Assembly: GCA_002189035.1 (NCBI GenBank)
Contig: NEEC01000009.1
Coordinates: 2,790,001 to 2,854,000, forward strand
Direction of reading: 5' to 3'
DNA from: Utricularia gibba
Lineage: Eukaryota; Plantae; Magnoliophyta
DNA length: 64,000 nt
Shown: positions 59,353 to 64,000 of the stretch, piece by piece
Position numbering within the stretch: position 1 is the first letter of the stretch
How the letters are laid out: every line of letters begins with the position of its first letter
Notes under the pieces: generated by a model
Told to the model about the DNA's origin: nothing
Database searches by the model: none
What the model saw: only the letters and a program-made list of their open reading frames with translations
Position numbers and translations under genes: made by a program

Positions 59353-60842
59353 TCATTTGGCCGCCGCGGATTTGGCGACGTGTTTGAGTACTCCGGTGCG
59401 AGTAGAAGTTGCAGGGTTTAGGGCTTTCCTGATCTTGAAGATATTCCATGCCGTTCCGGCGCAGTTTCCCACAGTCGCGAACGCATCTTCCGTTGCTTCT
59501 CCCGCGTCCTCTCCAAACCTGAACAAGTACACAAATCTCACATTTGTAATTCCCACCCAACAAATGGGAAACAATTCCGGCCACCTGTTGCTGACCATCC
59601 CCGAGACCGCACCGGAGGTTTGCTTCAAGGCATGCTTCCCAGCAGCCTCTACGGCGTCCATCAGCTTATCTGTCATTCGTTTACAATTACAAGCGCCTGG
59701 TGGGGGGAAGCGGGAGTAAGACAAGACTGATGACCAACTTACTCACTGCATCAAGGAGGCCAGGCCGACCTCACCCGGTACCGACTTCATGATTGCTTTC
59801 CCGGCGGAAGAACGAACCACCGGAGTTATCACCGAGCCTGTGGCCACCCCGACGAAATTAAGCAGGGACTTGCTGAGCCTATGCGTCATTTTGGATAGCT
59901 TCCGCGCCCTGAGAACGGCCAGACTCCCGTCCTTATTGCAATTTGCATTTATTGTAATTTGCATTTATTGTATCGGAAACCAACTTACTGTTTGACGGTT
60001 TTGCTGATAGAACCTTTCTTCCTGTTTCCGCCGGCGGTCTTGCTTTCGCTGAGTTCTTTCCTGGCGGCGTGGCTCTTGCTCTCTGCTGCGCGACTTTGGA
60101 TGCTCTCTGCCCCTTTCCGTACCTGTTATTCTCCAAGTGTTCATTTTGGAAAACAATTAATTTATAATATTCAAATAAATCAATTAATTTAAAATAATAT
60201 AATTTGAGAAATAATAATTATTTTTAAGAAGTTTATTATATTTTATTTCTCTAAAAATGGCTCCTTGTAGTTGAATTAGGAGCTTACCTGGCGAGCATAA
60301 GCGTTGCTGCAACTGAAGATGCCCTTCACGATTTGCCCTGTTCCTCTCGCCACCGCCTTCGCCAGAAACCCGTTGTACTCATCCACATCCGGCGCAAACT
60401 CCTCCCAGCGGATCCTCCCACTGCCGCCGCCTTTTCGATTATCGGAACTTGTGAACAGCGAATTCTCCATCAGAAACGAATCCAGCGACCCCAAACCCGT
60501 CCTCCTAAACGAAACCCCATACGTGATCGGATTCTCGTTCCCGCCTCCTATCGGCAGCGAGAAGAGGTAATTCGAGGCGTCAAGTTTCACCACGGGCTCG
60601 TCTTTCGTCAGTGGCCACTGAATCTCCTGGCCGACTCTGATCACGGTCGCCAGAGTGACATTATCCTCGGAGTATCGGTGGATCTCGAAGTCGCCTGCCG
60701 CGAGAGGCTCGGCTTCTCCTCCCGCGATTACATGAACGCTGCACTCAGGGATCTTGATCAGAATCTCCTTCGATACGTTCTTCGGTTCGGGGAGTTCATC
60801 ATCGGTGCGATTATTATTAGGCGCGAAGCAGCACAAACTCAT
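59353..60842 (-). CDS. Senescence/dehydration-associated protein (ERD7/spartin family), 5 exons, apparent 1-bp deletion near 59752
   Basis: [60 protein letters not shown](D)[37 protein letters not shown]. Confidence 0.88.
59933..59972. repeat. 16-bp tandem repeat x2.5 in an intron
   Basis: TTATTGCAATTTGCAT TTATTGTAATTTGCAT TTATTGTA. Confidence 0.75.
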
Positions 60843-61589
60843 TCTCCTGTATTAGAATTTGCTCCTCGCGGGATTTGCAGTCGTAGGAGGAGGATGCCGT
60901 CGGGGAATCTGCTTTCGGGGATGGAACGACGCTGCTCCAATCTCCATTTATTCCATTCTTCGCTGAAAGGATTACACAAAAAGGAGAATTCCTTTGCATC
61001 TTTTTGAATAATAAAATGTCAGGTATTTGAAATACTATCGCATTTAGTAAACGTATTCACGTGTTAAAATATGCATGCATTTGATAATAAACGTGTATTT
61101 TTTAATACACATGTGATTTACACAATATTTACAATCATATATTATAACATTTTCTTCTATAAGCTTCTGACTTAACTCATTTTTACTATTGATTACTATA
61201 AACATATTTATCAATTACAATATCCTTTTAAATATATGTTTCTAAAATTCATTCATTAAATACATTATATATGTCAACTACTATCCTTCCCAAAAATTTT
61301 GTTTAGGATTATCACCATGACCATTGCCCATGCAGGTCCATAAAGACGTTGCCATACACGTCAAAGTTAAAGAAATGAGATGCCTGGAACAGAAAAGGGT
61401 AAAGAATCATGGGGCTCAAAGTCGAATGCAGCAATAGCAACAATTCTTGTCTAGACGTGTAACTTCTATGACTGACAGACAGCACCATTATTCATTGCAC
61501 GAGGGGAGACAAATAGGTTGTGTAGGGAAATGGATCAAACTTACAAGCTGTAGTGGTACTACCCCTTGGCCTCTGCACTAGACATTTTC

Positions 61590-63971
61590 TCACGGCATTT
61601 TCTTGCCCAATAGCCCCATGGACTCTGCAACTTCACTGGGAGTGTAGTTATCAGCTTGCTCCTGTTCAGGTTTACAAAAAGTACAGAAGAAATGTCATGC
61701 GTGTAGGCGATGAAGAAGAGAACTGCGGCAACAAAACTAGTGGTTCATCTGTGAAAACGGTATGCTTTGAAGGTTTTTTCAAGGCAGCAATAGAAGTCTA
61801 CTTGGGGTAGTGAGTGGTTACGACTTCATACCTGGAGGTGATGCATGAGGTACATCAAGAACAGATGAACGAATACCTAGAAGAAGCAAAGCCATGTGTG
61901 AACCAGGAATAGTGTTCTCTTATTCATCACTGTTGATGCTGCTTTACGGGTTAAAGCAGTTTTATGGGCAAAAAGAGAAAAAAAAACTCATCTCAATAAC
62001 ATCCAGCACAATGCAAACTGTATATCTATGTCATGTCTGTTTTCATTTCATCTATCAAAAACAAGTCTGAAGGAAAATGGCTTAAGAGTATTAAAGGACA
62101 CTAGTATCTCCTGAATGCATAAAATTCTGATGGAAGACCGGACCAAGGTTATCCATTATGAAAAACCCGTACATCAAGGTGCAACAGTCATGATAGATTG
62201 GACTCATCATTTTCTAACACTCACGCCTTTCTTTTCATATATATTGTGCAGCCATGGGCATCAAGTTGGTTCTATGTGATGAATAAAAGTGATTTTCCTC
62301 ACCAAATAACAAAGCAGGGTAACTCTTGCTGTAGGGTATCGATAGAAGAATCTTGTGGCCCTGAGAGCTCCCTTATCCAAAAATTTTGCAGCCCTCTGCA
62401 ACTGCAGTTTTCAGATATGCTTAGATTAGCTCGCAATTTAGTATCGCATAATCAACAATCATACGCTGCAGAAACAAGAAAAAAAGCACACCTGTAGGCC
62501 TGCCCCAGCTAGCTGGCGATGATACACAGGAAGAGGCCTGAAAAGTCGTCTTATAAGAAAACTTCACTTGGAATTAAGCCTTGTAAAATTGCCACCAGAT
62601 TTAAAATAATATCAGATGTTTCTATAAGGCAGAGGATTTGATTGGCGGGGCAGATAATACAACTACTTTTCACAGCGTGTCATACATCTAACTAAACCTA
62701 CATTTATAAAACAAGCAAAAGGGAAAAAAAGAGAAACATTTTACTCGGATAAAAAAGTAGGTTACATGAGTTCTGCAGGGAATTAAGTGGTTCTAGTGAC
62801 ATGTCATTTAAAAACCGTGTTTAACCAGGGTAACAACATATGGTCAGTTTCGCAAAACTTGACAAATAACACAAAACAAGCTAAACATACTCAAGTGCTT
62901 TCATGTCGCTTTCCTCCTCCCAAGAGGACGATGTCCTGCGAGAAGTTCTGTTCCTTTCAGCCTCCAGCTGTTTCACCATTGATCAATATTGTTAAAGATG
63001 GAGAAGGGAAATTGAAAAGTAATGGGATATTAAACAGCGTGCACATCAATCTAAGCAACATATACAAATTTCAGACTTGCGCTTCTTGAAGACGCTTGAC
63101 TTCTTTTTCCAACTGAAACTCAGCAGCTGCTTTTTCACTAGCCATTGTTTCCAATTGCGTTTGCTTGTAATACTGAAATATATGATGAAAGAAGTTATCA
63201 TAATTACTATTTCTACTAATGCTGTTCTATAAATAAAACAAAAATAACAGCATACCAATAAATCAGTTAGCTCACTGTAACGCTTCTCCAGCTCCATGTG
63301 TTCCTGATTACATATATCATGCAATGCAACATGAAAAAAAAAAAAAAAAAACTCATTGCTATCATATACATGTAAGCGGTTTGATTAAAATTTTCTACAA
63401 CAGTAACCTTTGTATGGCATTCTCTTCGGGCAATTCTAAGTCAAGAATCTGAACAATCATATTTAAGGCCTATAATAACTAGTGACCTATCATTCAAGGT
63501 CGATTCAACAGTCTGATAAAAGTTTGCTATATCCTTAGACCTATTTGAAGCAACGCATAACCAGATGAAGTTTTGGAGGTGACTAGTTAAGGAGAATCAT
63601 ATAGAAATAGCCTATGCTGCAGAATCCTACAGATATTACTGTTACCTGACGTGAATAATGCTCAGCATCCCTTGTCATGGACGCTACTTGAACTCTCATC
63701 TTCTGGAATTCCACCTACAAGAGCCGCATACATTTAGTACAAATTTCCCATTAAATACTTCCCCCCTAGATAATTCCTTCCATGAACAAGTAGGAACAAA
63801 TAATTAGTATTTTTGAAGTTTATCTTCATTGATGTATGGACTAAACTATTTATCGCTGAAGATAATTTATTGAGGAGAAGATAGAACATATACCTCCATT
63901 AATGAAAGTTTACTTTCAGCCTCTCTCTGACTTTGACGCGCACGCTCAACTTCTTCTTGCCATGCCTGAAC
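61590..63971 (-). CDS. GC1: Golgin-84-like golgin candidate 1, 3' portion only (5' end lies beyond the window)
   Basis: Exons read VQAWQEEVERARQSQRE, EHMELEKRYSELTDLL, YYKQTQLETMASEKAAAEFQLEKE, PLPVYHRQL, LDKGALRATRFFYRYPTAR, TM segment VFVHLFLMYLMHHLQ, EQAD...KKMP*. Confidence 0.9.
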
Positions 63972-64000
63972 CTAAGGAACAAACAAATATCACATAAGAA

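Noticed and set aside
59413-59424. AGGGTTTAGGG telomeric repeat
   Set aside because: Under two units, and it simply encodes ALNP inside the ERD7-like CDS.
2101-59760. Programmed ribosomal frameshifting or RNA editing as the cause of the broken frames
   Set aside because: There is no shared slippery heptamer or downstream structure, the runs involve all four bases, and LRX repeat copies differ among themselves. Consensus error is simpler.
1-64000. tRNA, rRNA, snRNA, snoRNA clusters, CRISPR arrays, organellar insertions, intact transposons
   Set aside because: I saw no convincing signature by eye. tRNAscan-SE and Infernal/Rfam runs would be needed to exclude small RNAs, especially snoRNAs in the two orphan loci.

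Overview
Plant (eudicot, probably asterid/lamiid) nuclear DNA from a very compact genome. I count 18 protein-coding genes in 64 kb, mostly with 65-150 nt introns, short AT-rich spacers and almost no transposon content. In order: GT14 glycosyltransferase, RIN4, BAP31-like, NPF8/PTR transporter, OCTOPUS, OHP1, thaumatin-like, TASH3, LTI65-like, LRR-extensin, KLHDC4-like kelch protein, HCF101, MRS2 Mg transporter, kinesin-6, PP1 inhibitor-3, OBAP1, ERD7/spartin-like protein and the 3' part of golgin GC1. Gene identities come from my recall of homologous protein sequences; no database search was run. Eight of the 18 genes carry apparent single-base deletions (11 in total, all repairable by lengthening a base run by one), most likely long-read consensus error rather than biology. 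The most interesting unexplained features are: a 1.5 kb apparently spliced non-coding locus with a MIR393-like hairpin (15.1-16.6 kb); a G-box/I-box cluster in front of an orphan segment (36.8-37.9 kb); a 191-nt-period tandem duplication of the OCTOPUS C-terminus/3' UTR; five GC-AG introns (one in-frame and stop-free); a multi-uORF leader on the Mg transporter; and a stem-loop at 212-340. I saw no tRNA, rRNA, CRISPR or intact mobile element.
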